Shown piece by piece: positions 8,209 through 17,803 of a stretch of DNA of 64,000 nt; position 1 is the first letter of the stretch; each line of letters opens with the position of its first letter. The position numbers and the translations under genes were made by a program. The notes under the pieces were generated by a model. That model saw only the letters and a list, made by a program, of their open reading frames with translations. It was not told the origin of the DNA and did no database searches. Source of the DNA: a bacterium (GTDB lineage: Bacteria; UBA8248); NCBI GenBank assembly GCA_965213625.1, contig CBDBZU010000004.1:512001-576000 (forward strand), read 5' to 3'.

Positions 8209-8956
8209 TTAAATTCTTTGGGAAATGACGCCGCGGAAGTGCGACGCAGGGGAATTCTGCCATGGACAGCGCATCTCAAGATAACGGCAAATGCGGGAAA
8301 ATGCGAGTGAGCAGCAAGCGCTAGCCGACTGACCGGGAAGGGAGGAACTGCTTCGCCACTTCTCTGTCGTGACTTCTACGATCTCCTTCTCGCCAACGGA
8401 GACGCTGCATATCACGACGTCGACTTCGAGTTCCCTCATCGACGCGAGACTGCGCGCCAGTTCCGCCTTATCGTCCCCGTTGTCTGCGACGACGATGGTC
8501 TTCCACTCTCCTTCGTCTCGATAGATCGCGTCGCCCGTGAAGAGATACGTCTTGCCGTGAGGCGAGCGGTAGCGGTAGCACACGCTGTTATTCGTGTGGC
8601 CCGGCGTATGGGATTACCTCGATGTCGCCTGAAAGAAACTCGCGCGGGGGAGAATCGAAAAGAACGTCGGCGGAAACCGCCTCTGGCAGATAGGGCGCGA
8701 CGAGCGCGTGGCAGCACAGTTTCGAGCCGAATCGCCCGGCCGCATCTACGAGCGACTCGTCCACCTCGTGGCAATGGCTCAGGCAGTGATGCGCAACACC
8801 GCCCCGCTCGCTCATCTCCTCGAAATCCCCTGAACTTCTCGGGTTGCAGAAGAGGACGTTGCCTCCCGGGCGCTCCAGCAGGTAGGCGTGAACGGTGAGG
8901 ACGCTGAACTGCTTCTCCTCGGCTGTCTGCCACAAATCGGGGTAGAGGCGCTTCAC
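8209..8956 (-). pseudogene. MBL-fold metallo-hydrolase, frameshifted
   Basis: SHCHEVD in ORF 8588-8956 and LFTGD in ORF 8209-8583. Removing one C at ~8611 restores …IEVIHTPGHTNNSVCYRY…. Confidence 0.75.
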
Positions 8957-9084
8957 TCTTTCCGCCCTCCGCTCATGAAGCCGTGCCTATCGGTCCTCCG
9001 GCACAAGGGATGAGCATTCCCGGTGGTTACATGAGTGGAGCGGACAACGGCGCGCCGGACCGCACCCGCTCCCCCGGTGAAAGC

Positions 9085-9378
9085 CTACTCTTCCGGCTCG
9101 TCGTAGGAGATGAAGGTGATGTCCACCGCCTCGTTGCGGCCGGGGATCAAGGCCTGGTAGCCGTCCGAGTAATACCATTTCTCCACCGCCTCCTGGTCGG
9201 GGAATTTCAGGAGAACGAACATCTGCCTGTCGTGCTCGCCGGTGAGCACCTTCACGAGCTGTCCGCTCGCCGCCACCTCGCCCCCGACGGAGGCGACGAT
9301 AGCGAGGCCCTGCTCGGCATAGTTGTTGAATCCCTCTTCGTCCTTGACGGTGATGTGTCCGACCACGTATGCGCCCAT
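9085..9378 (-). CDS. DUF1330 domain protein
   Basis: MGAYVVGHITVKD…GG…LLKFPDQEAVEKWYYSDGYQALIPGR; AAGGAG RBS. Confidence 0.85.
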   Translation of the reverse strand: MGAYVVGHITVKDEEGFNNYAEQGLAIVASVGGEVAASGQLVKVLTGEHDRQMFVLLKFPDQEAVEKWYYSDGYQALIPGRNEAVDITFISYDEPEE

Positions 9379-9645
9379 GTCCGCTCCTTTCACAAATGGG
9401 GCCGCCCGCCCGGCGGCAAATGAATTGAGGATTTCAAGCCGCATGCATCGCGGCGTCTCTCACCTCTCCTCGTCAACCGGCCTTCGCCGGACTTGAAACC
9501 AGGACTCCATGAATCCCTCGGGAGATTCCAAGGTTTCATAAATGGCCTTCGGGATCAATGCCGCTCAGACGACGCGGGATGAGGGCATGCGCGTTCATCC
9601 GTCTTGTTCGGAATGAATGTATGGGATCGGTCCGCAATTCCCCTT

Positions 9646-9679
9646 GCAGGGTCAGACATATATGTCTGACATACATGCG
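9646..9679. repeat. REP-like palindrome, left part of the repeat interrupted by IS110
   Basis: GTCAGACATATATGTCTGAC is a perfect palindrome; the homologous intact copy is at 42767-42840. Confidence 0.8.
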
Positions 9680-9719
9680 TACATGGACGCCCCCCTGGAA
9701 TGCAAGCGGTTTTTTGGGA

Positions 9720-9905
9720 GGGTTCGGCGCAAAGCGGTTCGACTCAGTCGTACATTCGGCCTCTTCGTTGCGGCGCTTCGTAACGGCCGCGGGCCCGTAT
9801 GGAGATGCGCGGGTCGGGTCCGAATCGGCCCGGCGAGCTCGATGGTTCGCTCGTCGCATGTAACTGGTTGCCCCGACCCCGTCTCGATGACCGTTTGCCC
9901 TTACT
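9720..9905 (-). ncRNA. Putative bridge RNA (seekRNA) of the IS1111 element
   Basis: Non-coding region downstream of the recombinase. It has guide-like segments TACATGCG and GCCGGGCCG (target) and CTCCATACG and ATGTACGA (donor). Boundaries are approximate. Confidence 0.8.
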
Positions 9906-9956
9906 CCTCCTGTGGCCTGCCCACATTCCTCCCGGCTCTATCCGCGCGCCCGCCGC

Positions 9957-10982
9957 TCAGGCGAGGGGCGCCGGTTCCCTGTAGTCGTCCTTGTTCCGCA
10001 TCAGCGCCCACGCGATGCGCGCCATTTTGTTGGCCAGCGCCACCGCGACGAGCATCCTCGGCTTGCGCGCCAGCATCCGGGCCAGCCACGAACCCGGCGG
10101 CGCGCCGCGCCGGAGCGCCTGGCGAATCACCGACATCGCGCCCGTGACCAACAGCCGCCTCACGTCGCGCTGGCCCATCTTCGATACCCGGCCCAGGCGG
10201 GGCTTGCCCCCCGTCGAGTGTTGCCGGGGCACCAGTCCCAGCCAGGCCGAGAAGTCCCGGCCCCGCCGGAAGTTCTCCATCGGCGGCGCGAAGGCACGGA
10301 TCGCAGACGCCGTAACCGGACCCACCCCCGGGATACGCATCAGACGCCGCGCCTCCTCGTCCGCGTGGACGCTCGCGTGAAGCCGACTCTCCAACTCCCC
10401 GATCTTCCGGCTCAGACCCGCGATTTGCTCCAGAAACACCTCGCCCAACTCCCGAACCGCCACCGGCAGACCCGATTCCGCTCCCCGAACCGCCGCCGCC
10501 AGACGCGTGAGGCCCACCGGACCCTGCCGCGCGACCACCCCGAACTCCGCCAGGTGTCCCCGCAACGCGTTGATCGTCTGCGTCTTCTGGCGCTTCAGCA
10601 AATCCCGCGCCCGGAACAGCATCCCCTCGGTCTGCTGCTCCTCGCTCTTCACCGCCACGAGATGCATCGTCGGTCGTGAGGCCGCCTCGCAAATCGCCTC
10701 CGCGTCCGCCGCGTCGTTCTTGTGGCGCTTCACGTACGGCTTCACGTAGGCCGGCGGCGCGAGCCGAACCTCGTGGCCGAGCTTCGCAATCTCACGGCCC
10801 CAGCGGTGCGCCCCCGCGCACGCCTCCATCGCCACCACGCAGCGCGGCTGTTTGGCCAGGAAGTTCAGCAGACCCGCCCGACCGAGCTTCTTGCGGAACG
10901 CTACCGAACCGTCCGCGCGCGCCCCGTGGAGTTGAAAACTGTTTTTCGCCAAGTCGATGCCGATGATGTAGACTCCTTCCAT
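9957..10982 (-). CDS. IS110 family recombinase/transposase (DEDD)
   Basis: GIDLAK, AMEAC, KNDAADA, IPGVG, GLVPRQHSTGGK, VALANKMARIAW; GGAGG RBS before ATG 10982. Confidence 0.95.
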   Translation of the reverse strand: MEGVYIIGIDLAKNSFQLHGARADGSVAFRKKLGRAGLLNFLAKQPRCVVAMEACAGAHRWGREIAKLGHEVRLAPPAYVKPYVKRHKNDAADAEAICEAASRPTMHLVAVKSEEQQTEGMLFRARDLLKRQKTQTINALRGHLAEFGVVARQGPVGLTRLAAAVRGAESGLPVAVRELGEVFLEQIAGLSRKIGELESRLHASVHADEEARRLMRIPGVGPVTASAIRAFAPPMENFRRGRDFSAWLGLVPRQHSTGGKPRLGRVSKMGQRDVRRLLVTGAMSVIRQALRRGAPPGSWLARMLARKPRMLVAVALANKMARIAWALMRNKDDYREPAPLA

Positions 10983-11224
10983 GGATGCCTCCTTCCGGGC
11001 GGTGTGTGACGTTGCCTCGCCACATTCTAAACTGCCGGAAGGGGGCGTCCACCCCATCGGCCCTGCCCTTCGCCTTCACAACGCGGGTCACATGTATGTG
11101 CGGGGCGGTCCCGAGGAGTCGGTTCCGACCGAAGAGGGAGGAACCACCACCTGCACCCCATCGCAGCGTCGAGACCAGAACATGACGCTGGAATGACGAC
11201 CGGAATGCGGAATCATTTTTTCTC

Positions 11225-11282
11225 GCAGGGACAGGCCTCCGTGCCTGTCCTGCAAGGGACAACCACGGAGGGTAGTCCCTGC
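11225..11282. repeat. REP doublet (GCAG/GTAG-type hairpins)
   Basis: GCAGGGACAGGCCTCCGTGCCTGTCC followed by inverted GGGACAACCACGGAGGGTAGTCCCTGC. Confidence 0.7.
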
Positions 11283-11483
11283 GCCCCTCTCATGCCCGCT
11301 CCCTCCCTCCCCCTTTCCGGGGCTGGCCGAGGGATTTCTTTTCAGCTAATATGAGGCCATACGCAGTAAAGTGGATTAAACAACCGCCCAAACTTGGTTA
11401 TCAGGCGCACCGGCGCAGAGGGTTCCATTCAGGTTCGCCCGAGTGTTCTTTTTCGTTTTTGATTCTGTGGGGGAAATCCGGTC

Positions 11484-12065
11484 ATGAAAAAACAAAACGT
11501 ATGGATAAGCCTGGCCGTCCTGGCGGTGGCGGGCGCGCTCGTCGCGGGCTGCGCGGACGACCAGACGATGGGCATGATGAAGAAAACGGTAGCGGGCATG
11601 AAAAAGAAGGAAATGGCCAAAGACAAGAAGATGGCGATGAAGGACAAGAAGATGGGCAAGAAAAAGATGATGAAGGGCGATGAGGCCGCCGTGAAGGCGC
11701 GCCGGAAGCTCATGCGCGGCATCGGCGCGGACATGAAGCGACTGAAAGCCGCGATGAAACAAGGCAGCGGCTGGGTGGTCGAAGAGCAGGTGCGCCAGGC
11801 CGCAGGCGACATGTACAAGAAGGCGAGCAAGATCAAAAAAGCGTTCAAGAAGAACACCCTGGCGGGCAAGACGACATCGACCGCCGCCATCTGGAGGGAC
11901 AAGGCGAAATTCGGCCTCATCGCGGATGGTCTGGCCGCGAACGCCGCCGTCCTGGCGCAAATCCACTACAAGGGCGGCCCTGCGGCCATCAAGAAGGCGG
12001 TGGGCCTCATCGGCAGGCAATGCGGCGCATGCCACAAGTCGTTCCGTAAGAAGAAGAAAAGATAA
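11484..12065 (+). CDS. Cytochrome c' (class II) lipoprotein with Met/Lys-rich N-terminal region
   Basis: Lipobox LVAGC, 'AVKARRKLM', 'AIWRDKAKF', C-terminal CGACHKSFR haem motif. Confidence 0.85.
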   Translation: MKKQNVWISLAVLAVAGALVAGCADDQTMGMMKKTVAGMKKKEMAKDKKMAMKDKKMGKKKMMKGDEAAVKARRKLMRGIGADMKRLKAAMKQGSGWVVEEQVRQAAGDMYKKASKIKKAFKKNTLAGKTTSTAAIWRDKAKFGLIADGLAANAAVLAQIHYKGGPAAIKKAVGLIGRQCGACHKSFRKKKKR

Positions 12066-12086
12066 CAACGCATAAGAGATACAGGG

Positions 12087-12119
12087 AAACCCCGGCGGAA
12101 TAAGCCGGGGTTTTCTTTT
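12087..12119 (+). terminator. Rho-independent terminator
   Basis: AAACCCCGGC-loop-GCCGGGGTTT stem followed by TCTTTT, just after the cytochrome c' stop. Confidence 0.8.
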
Positions 12120-12145
12120 GGGTGGGAGTCGATAGTTTCTCATCC

Positions 12146-12192
12146 GTAGAGACAGGCCCCTGCGCCTGTCTGAGGTCGCGACCTGTCCCTAC
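12146..12192. repeat. REP doublet
   Basis: GTAGAGACAGGCCCCTGCGCCTGTCT … AGGTCGCGACCTGTCCCTAC. Confidence 0.7.
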
Positions 12193-12254
12193 GATGAAGT
12201 CCTCCCGGCATTAAGACCCGCCCTTTGGGAATCACTATTTCATCAGTCGCTCCC

Positions 12255-15200
12255 CTACACCCCGCCCGTCAGCGATTCGTTCCGCATCCGGCTCCGCACC
12301 TCGCCGAGCGGGCCGCTGTCGGCCACCAGGCCGTCGCGGTAGAGGATGACGTCGCGCGACCTGGCCGAAATCTTGGGTCCCGGCGCGATGACGCCCGTCA
12401 AATTCATCGGGTCGCTCGCATGGACGATGGTGGGCTTGCCCCGCGCGGGTATCTTGCGGACGGCGCGAAGCGCTTCCACCGATTCGGGCAGGGCGAACTG
12501 CTCGCCCATGAAGCCCGATACGAAACGCCCACCCCGAATCTCGCCCTTCGCTTCCAGGCGTCTGAACACGCGCACCAGTTCGCGCCAGCGTGGAGCGGCT
12601 GCCTCGCGGGCGGCCAGCTCGCGGAGCACGACACCATATCTTTTGAGCAACTGGCGCGCATGGGCTTCGCGGTGCACCTCCTCATCGAGCGGCGCGTCGG
12701 CGCTCCCCCACAGCGACCAGCGGCCCACGGGCATGAACCGGTTTTTCGCCTCGCGCGATATGGCCCTTCCCCCCGGCAGGGCGCGCAGTCTGCGCTCGCC
12801 CTTTTTCTTCTCTTTGGCACCCGCTATCAGCGCCCTTAATCCCGCCACTCCGTCGCCCGTCACCAGACCACGCGCGACGAGTTCCCAGAGCGCCTCTTCG
12901 GCCTCGGTCCTGAGCCTGCCCGTCGCCCCCGTGATGTCGGCGAGGAATGACGCTCCCCTACTTTTAAGGAAATCGAGTATCTCGAGCGCGGGTCTCGACA
13001 GATTCCCCCGCCAGGCGTCTTCGGTTTCGCGTGGTTTCAGGAACAGCCCCACCTCCTCTCGCATCAGGAAGGCCAGGAGCGCCCGGCGCGAAGGCTGCGC
13101 CTTCTGGGCCGCCCGGGATCGGCTCCCGTTCACAGGCTCTTCAAGCGGCTCGGGCGGAGCGCCCGGTCGCAGGCGTCCCCACGCGACGAGGCCCGAGAGG
13201 CAAAGCGCCTCAAGATCAGCCGCGTCGTAGTTCTTGATTCGCGCAGGCAGAATCTGCTCCTCCCAGGCGGGCGCGGGCAACTCCAGCCCCTGAAGCTGGC
13301 GAACCACTTCCAAGACCCCGTCGCGCCCGTACAGCATGGCGTCCTCGTGCACGTGCTGCCACCTGAGCAGATAGCGGATAAAATCCGCCGCCGTCACGGG
13401 CTCTATCTCGCGCCTGAGCTTGCCCAGCGTCATGCGGTGAATGCGGGCGAGCAACACGCGGTCGCACCATTCGGTTACCGCCTCTGGCGCAAAGCGAGCG
13501 AAACGGCCCCGCAGAACCGCTCCCTCTCCCTCCAGAGCGGCCAGGGCGATCTCGACGTCAGGCTGCGCGAGACCCACGCGCGTGGCGAGTTCACCCGCCG
13601 TCACGGGGCCTGTCGCCTCCATCCATCCCCGCACGATGGCGAGCGCCGCCTCATCCTGAGTGGGCGGTTCCACCTCATCCCCCTGGAAGGGAATTTTATC
13701 CGGCGTGAGCCTGATTCCCGGAATCGCTGCGCTCATCAGCGCCATTCTCTCCGCAGGAACCCAGCCTTCCCGCTCGACCCCGCCCGCTTCCCACTCCGCT
13801 TTCGCCACGCGGCTCGCGGCCAAGAGTTCATCCACCCAGGCGGCCCATTCACCCGCTTCTTCCACCGGCAGCACGCACAGGGAGAGCAGCGCGTCGTGCA
13901 CCTCATCCGCGTCACGCGGGACCGGCCAGACCTGCTCGCACACCTCTTCGATAACGTCTGCGTCGAGCCGGGCGCTTTCCGCGTCATCGGGCAGGGCGCG
14001 TCTCAGCGGCACCGCGCGCGAGCGGCGCTCCTCCAGTGGCGCGTCGTCGATGAAGGCGTAGGGGTTCGCGTTCAGTATCTCGTGCGACATGGGAGAAGGC
14101 GCGGGCGTCTCCACGCCAAAGGTCTTGATTTTCCCGCTCTCTACGTCGGCGATGAGCGCTCTCAGGCTCTCGATGTCCATCGCTTCGGTCAGGCAGTTTT
14201 CCACCGTCTCGTTCACGAGGGGATGGTCGGGCGGCTCGATGGGGCCGTGGTGGTTGTCCTGGCAGGCGAGCTGGGCCGGGAAGACGGCGGCGAGCAGATC
14301 CTCGGCCCGCATGCGCTGGATCGCGACGGGCACCTTCTTACCCCCGCTGCGCCTGGGGAGTGCCAGTGCGCGCGTGGCGTTCCAACGCCAGCGGTTGGCG
14401 AACATGGGCGACTGGAGCGCGGACTGGAGCATATCCTTTTTGAGCGACGCCAGGCGCGCGAAGCCGAAAATCGATTCCAGCGGAAAGCTGTGCTGCGATG
14501 AGAGTGATAACACGATGCCGTCGTCCGTGGCTGCGGCCTGGAGTTCGAAATCGAACGTGAGGCAAAACCGTTTTCTCAGCGTGTGGCCCCAAGCGCGGTT
14601 GATGCGACCCCCGAAGGGCGAGTGGATGACGAGCTGCATCCCGCCCGCCTCGTCGAAAAACCGCTCCGCTATTATCTCTTCCTGCGTGGGTACGCGCCCC
14701 AGCACCCGCACCGTCTCGCGCACGTAGTCGAGTATCTGCGATGCGCCGCCAGGACAAATCCCGCATTCGGCGCGCATCCAGCGAATCGCCTCGGCAGGCT
14801 CGGTGAGACGCTCCGCCAGCTCACTCCTGAGCGAGGAGACGGATTCCGAGAGTTCCGCCGTCCGCGAAGGCGCCTCGCCCAGCCAGAAGGGGATGTTCGG
14901 CGGGAGCCCCTCGGCGTCTTCCACGCGCACTTTGTCGCGCTCCACGCGCTTGACGCGCCAGGAGTGGTTGCCGAGCAGGAAGATGTCGCCCGCGTTCGAC
15001 TCGATGGCGAAATCCTCGTTCACCTTGCCCACGAAGGTCTCCGCCGCCCCCTCGACCACGTCGTAATCCGCCGTGTCGGGAATCGCGCCGCCCGAAGTGA
15101 TGGCGCAAAGCCGCGCCCCGCGCCTCGGCCTCAGCAGAGCGTTCACGCGGTCCCTGTGCAGGTAGGCGGTGCGCCTGCCCCGGCTGGTGGAGATGCCTTC

Positions 15201-16580
15201 GGTGAGCATCTCGAGCACGTCCTCGAAAACACTTCTTTCAAGTTCCCCGTAAGGCTGCGCCCGCCTGACGAGTGACCAGAGCGCCTCTTCCTCCACCTCT
15301 TCCTGCGCGGCGGCCTCGGCCACCATCTGCTGGGCGAGTATGTCGAGCGGCGCTTCGGGGAAGATGACCCGGTCGAGCGCGCCTGCCCGCACCGAGCGGA
15401 TGGCGGCGGCGCTTTGCAGGAGTTCGTCCCGCGTCATGGGGAAAACGATTCCTTTGGGGATAGCGCCCTTCCAGTGGCCCGAGCGCCCCACGCGCTGAAG
15501 GAGCGAGGCGAGCGTTCTCGGCGCGCCCAGGTGGCAGACGAGGTCGACGTGGCCGATGTCGATGCCGAGTTCGAGCGATGCCGTGGCGACGATGGCCGAC
15601 AGCGCGCCCGATTTGAGCCGCTCCTCGGCGTCCAGCCTGATCTTGCGCGACAAAGACCCGTGGTGCGCGGCCACGCGGCCCTCGCCCAGCCTCTCCGTGA
15701 GCCTGTGGGAGACGCGCTCCGCCAGCCGCCGCGTGTGGACGAACACGATGGTCGTGCGGTGGCTCTCGATGTGGGCGGCAATGCGGTCAAACACCTCGGC
15801 CCAGTATTCGTGCGAGGCGATGGGTCCGATATCCTGATCGGCCACCTCGACCGTGAGCGCCATCTCGCGCTTGTGGCCCACGTCCACGATAGCGCAATCG
15901 GGAGCGCCGTCCTCCCCTCGCCTTTCCGCACCGACGAGCAGGCGCGCTATCACCTCAATCGGCTTCTGCGTGGCGCTCAGGCCGATGCGCTGGAGCCGCT
16001 CCTCGCAAAGCGCGTCCAGCCGCTCGAGAGAAAGTGCCAAGTGCGCGCCGCGCTTATCGCCCGCGACCGCGTGTATCTCGTCCACGATGACGGCGCGCGC
16101 GGTCTCCAGCACCTTGCGGCTGCGCTCGGCCGTCAGGAGAATGTAGAGCGACTCCGGCGTGGTGATGAGGATGTGGGGGCGTTTTTTGAGCATGAGCCTG
16201 CGCTCGCGAGCGGGCGTATCGCCGGAGCGCACCGCCACGCGAATCTCGGGCAGTTCCACGCCCTCTTTTTTGGCGAGCGCGCGGATTTCGCTCAAAGGTT
16301 CCTGCAAATTCTTCTGGATGTCGTTGCCGAGCGCCTTGAGCGGAGAGATGTAGACGAGGCGGCAGGTGTCTTCCAGCTCACCCGCCAGCGCGTCCCGAAT
16401 GAGGCCGTCGAGCGACCACAGGAAGGCGGCCAGCGTCTTTCCCGTTCCGGTGGGGGCTGCGATGAGCGTGTCGCGCCCGGTGGCTATCTCGGGCCAGCCC
16501 GCATCCTGCGGGGCGCTCGGCTCCCCGAATTTCTCAAGAAACCAGCGCGCGATCAGCGGATGAAACGAGTGTCTGTCCAT
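12255..16580 (-). CDS. lhr: Lhr-family ATP-dependent helicase (long form with C-terminal extension)
   Basis: APTGTGKT, SPLKAL, TTPESL, DEIH, GLSAT, HHGSLS, SLELGIDIG, QRVGRSGH; C-terminal RGGRFVSGFMGEQFA. Start chosen at MDRHSFHP. Confidence 0.92.
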   Translation of the reverse strand: MDRHSFHPLIARWFLEKFGEPSAPQDAGWPEIATGRDTLIAAPTGTGKTLAAFLWSLDGLIRDALAGELEDTCRLVYISPLKALGNDIQKNLQEPLSEIRALAKKEGVELPEIRVAVRSGDTPARERRLMLKKRPHILITTPESLYILLTAERSRKVLETARAVIVDEIHAVAGDKRGAHLALSLERLDALCEERLQRIGLSATQKPIEVIARLLVGAERRGEDGAPDCAIVDVGHKREMALTVEVADQDIGPIASHEYWAEVFDRIAAHIESHRTTIVFVHTRRLAERVSHRLTERLGEGRVAAHHGSLSRKIRLDAEERLKSGALSAIVATASLELGIDIGHVDLVCHLGAPRTLASLLQRVGRSGHWKGAIPKGIVFPMTRDELLQSAAAIRSVRAGALDRVIFPEAPLDILAQQMVAEAAAQEEVEEEALWSLVRRAQPYGELERSVFEDVLEMLTEGISTSRGRRTAYLHRDRVNALLRPRRGARLCAITSGGAIPDTADYDVVEGAAETFVGKVNEDFAIESNAGDIFLLGNHSWRVKRVERDKVRVEDAEGLPPNIPFWLGEAPSRTAELSESVSSLRSELAERLTEPAEAIRWMRAECGICPGGASQILDYVRETVRVLGRVPTQEEIIAERFFDEAGGMQLVIHSPFGGRINRAWGHTLRKRFCLTFDFELQAAATDDGIVLSLSSQHSFPLESIFGFARLASLKKDMLQSALQSPMFANRWRWNATRALALPRRSGGKKVPVAIQRMRAEDLLAAVFPAQLACQDNHHGPIEPPDHPLVNETVENCLTEAMDIESLRALIADVESGKIKTFGVETPAPSPMSHEILNANPYAFIDDAPLEERRSRAVPLRRALPDDAESARLDADVIEEVCEQVWPVPRDADEVHDALLSLCVLPVEEAGEWAAWVDELLAASRVAKAEWEAGGVEREGWVPAERMALMSAAIPGIRLTPDKIPFQGDEVEPPTQDEAALAIVRGWMEATGPVTAGELATRVGLAQPDVEIALAALEGEGAVLRGRFARFAPEAVTEWCDRVLLARIHRMTLGKLRREIEPVTAADFIRYLLRWQHVHEDAMLYGRDGVLEVVRQLQGLELPAPAWEEQILPARIKNYDAADLEALCLSGLVAWGRLRPGAPPEPLEEPVNGSRSRAAQKAQPSRRALLAFLMREEVGLFLKPRETEDAWRGNLSRPALEILDFLKSRGASFLADITGATGRLRTEAEEALWELVARGLVTGDGVAGLRALIAGAKEKKKGERRLRALPGGRAISREAKNRFMPVGRWSLWGSADAPLDEEVHREAHARQLLKRYGVVLRELAAREAAAPRWRELVRVFRRLEAKGEIRGGRFVSGFMGEQFALPESVEALRAVRKIPARGKPTIVHASDPMNLTGVIAPGPKISARSRDVILYRDGLVADSGPLGEVRSRMRNESLTGGV

Positions 16581-16666
16581 AGCGGGGCATTCTACCCCAA
16601 ACGGGAATTGAGTGAACCCATGCTCCAAAGGTGTGTTATCTCTTCTATCGGTCGAGGATGGTTACT

Positions 16667-16714
16667 GTAGGGACAGGCCCCTGTGCCTGTCCTCCCACAG
16701 GGGGTTGTCCCTAT
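16667..16714. repeat. REP doublet
   Basis: GTAGGGACAGGCCCCTGTGCCTGTCC … CCCACAGGGGGTTGTCCCTAT. Confidence 0.7.
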
Positions 16715-16726
16715 ACCTCACCACAC

Positions 16727-17656
16727 TCACCCACGCACATCCTCAAAAAAATCCCGCACCTCGGCCTCGGCGCGCTCGAAGGATTTCCGCCCGAGCTGGT
16801 ATATGGCCCTGAGCTTGCGCGGATCGTGCTCCATGAAGTCCGTCTCATAGGCGCGCTCTGTGAACGAGTCGTTGATGCGTAGGGTTCGGACGTCCGGGAA
16901 GAACAACTCGCGCAGCGTATCGACGGTGTTCGAACTCGTTCGCGAGAGCGTCATGTAGGTCTTGAGCGGCCGAATGCCCGCGATCATCCGCCGCGTCCAT
17001 TTGCGCGACTCGGGGTAACTCCCCGTCCCGACACTCAATATGCGGATATCCTCCCGGGCGACGCCCAGCGGCCCGGTGGCGTCCGCGATGGCGAAAAGGG
17101 TGGGGTTGTTCGCTGTGAACCCGCCGTCGAGTGCTGTGCGTTCTTCGAGTCGGGGCGTGGCGATGCGCTTTTGCTTCAGGAACGGATGCGCTGCGCAAGA
17201 CGCCAGGATCGCATCCGATATCTTGAGACCCTCGCCCGGCAAGAAACTTTCAGGGCCATTATGCGGTTGATTCAACGTCCTCTTGAACACCATGGGGCAG
17301 TCGTGTTCTTCGTGGGTGACGAGGATTCCGACGTCCAGCTTGAAATCCTCAAATGTCATATCGCCATAGATTCTTTGGGAGTGCCGCTCGAGCGCGTTCG
17401 TCTTGTTGCGCGCGAGCAGAGGCCCCAGCACGTCGGGTGCAAGCTCGAAATAGCGATCCGCAATCGTCGGGTCCACCGGGTCGCCTAGGGCCACCATCGT
17501 GGCGATGATGGAGCCCGTGCTGACGCCGTAGGCGAGATCGAATACCTCGTGCAGGGGGCGTTCCAGAGTGCGCTCAATCCCTGCCAGGACCCCCAGGGTA
17601 TAGACGCCGAGCGAACCACCGCCGTCGAGCGAGAGGATGTAGAAGGGTCTGCTCAT
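16727..17656 (-). CDS. Patatin-like phospholipase
   Basis: ILSLDGGG, GVSTG nucleophile elbow, DGGFTANNP, ILSVGTG. Confidence 0.9.
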   Translation of the reverse strand: MSRPFYILSLDGGGSLGVYTLGVLAGIERTLERPLHEVFDLAYGVSTGSIIATMVALGDPVDPTIADRYFELAPDVLGPLLARNKTNALERHSQRIYGDMTFEDFKLDVGILVTHEEHDCPMVFKRTLNQPHNGPESFLPGEGLKISDAILASCAAHPFLKQKRIATPRLEERTALDGGFTANNPTLFAIADATGPLGVAREDIRILSVGTGSYPESRKWTRRMIAGIRPLKTYMTLSRTSSNTVDTLRELFFPDVRTLRINDSFTERAYETDFMEHDPRKLRAIYQLGRKSFERAEAEVRDFFEDVRG

Positions 17657-17803
17657 TGCCGGGCGTTCCAAAGGATGATGCACGGATTCGGCTGAAATGT
17701 CCTCGCAAATTTTGCCGGGGTATATTGCTTATTCATGGGGCTATTCTAGCGCAAATGGGGTTAAGTTGTTCAGTGAGACGCATAGACGACTCATAAGTCT
17801 CCT

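Larger units (their letters stand above)
9680..11057 (-). mobile_element. IS110 family (IS1111 group) insertion sequence
   Basis: Sub-terminal inverted repeats ATGGACGCCCCC (9683-9694) and GGGGGCGTCCAC (11041-11052). A CG core flanks both ends (9678-79, 11058-59). Joining the flanks recreates the repeat at 42788-42830. Confidence 0.92.

Noticed and set aside
9536-9926. Short ORFs downstream of the IS110 recombinase
   Set aside because: They cross the IS boundary and overlap the structured ncRNA region.
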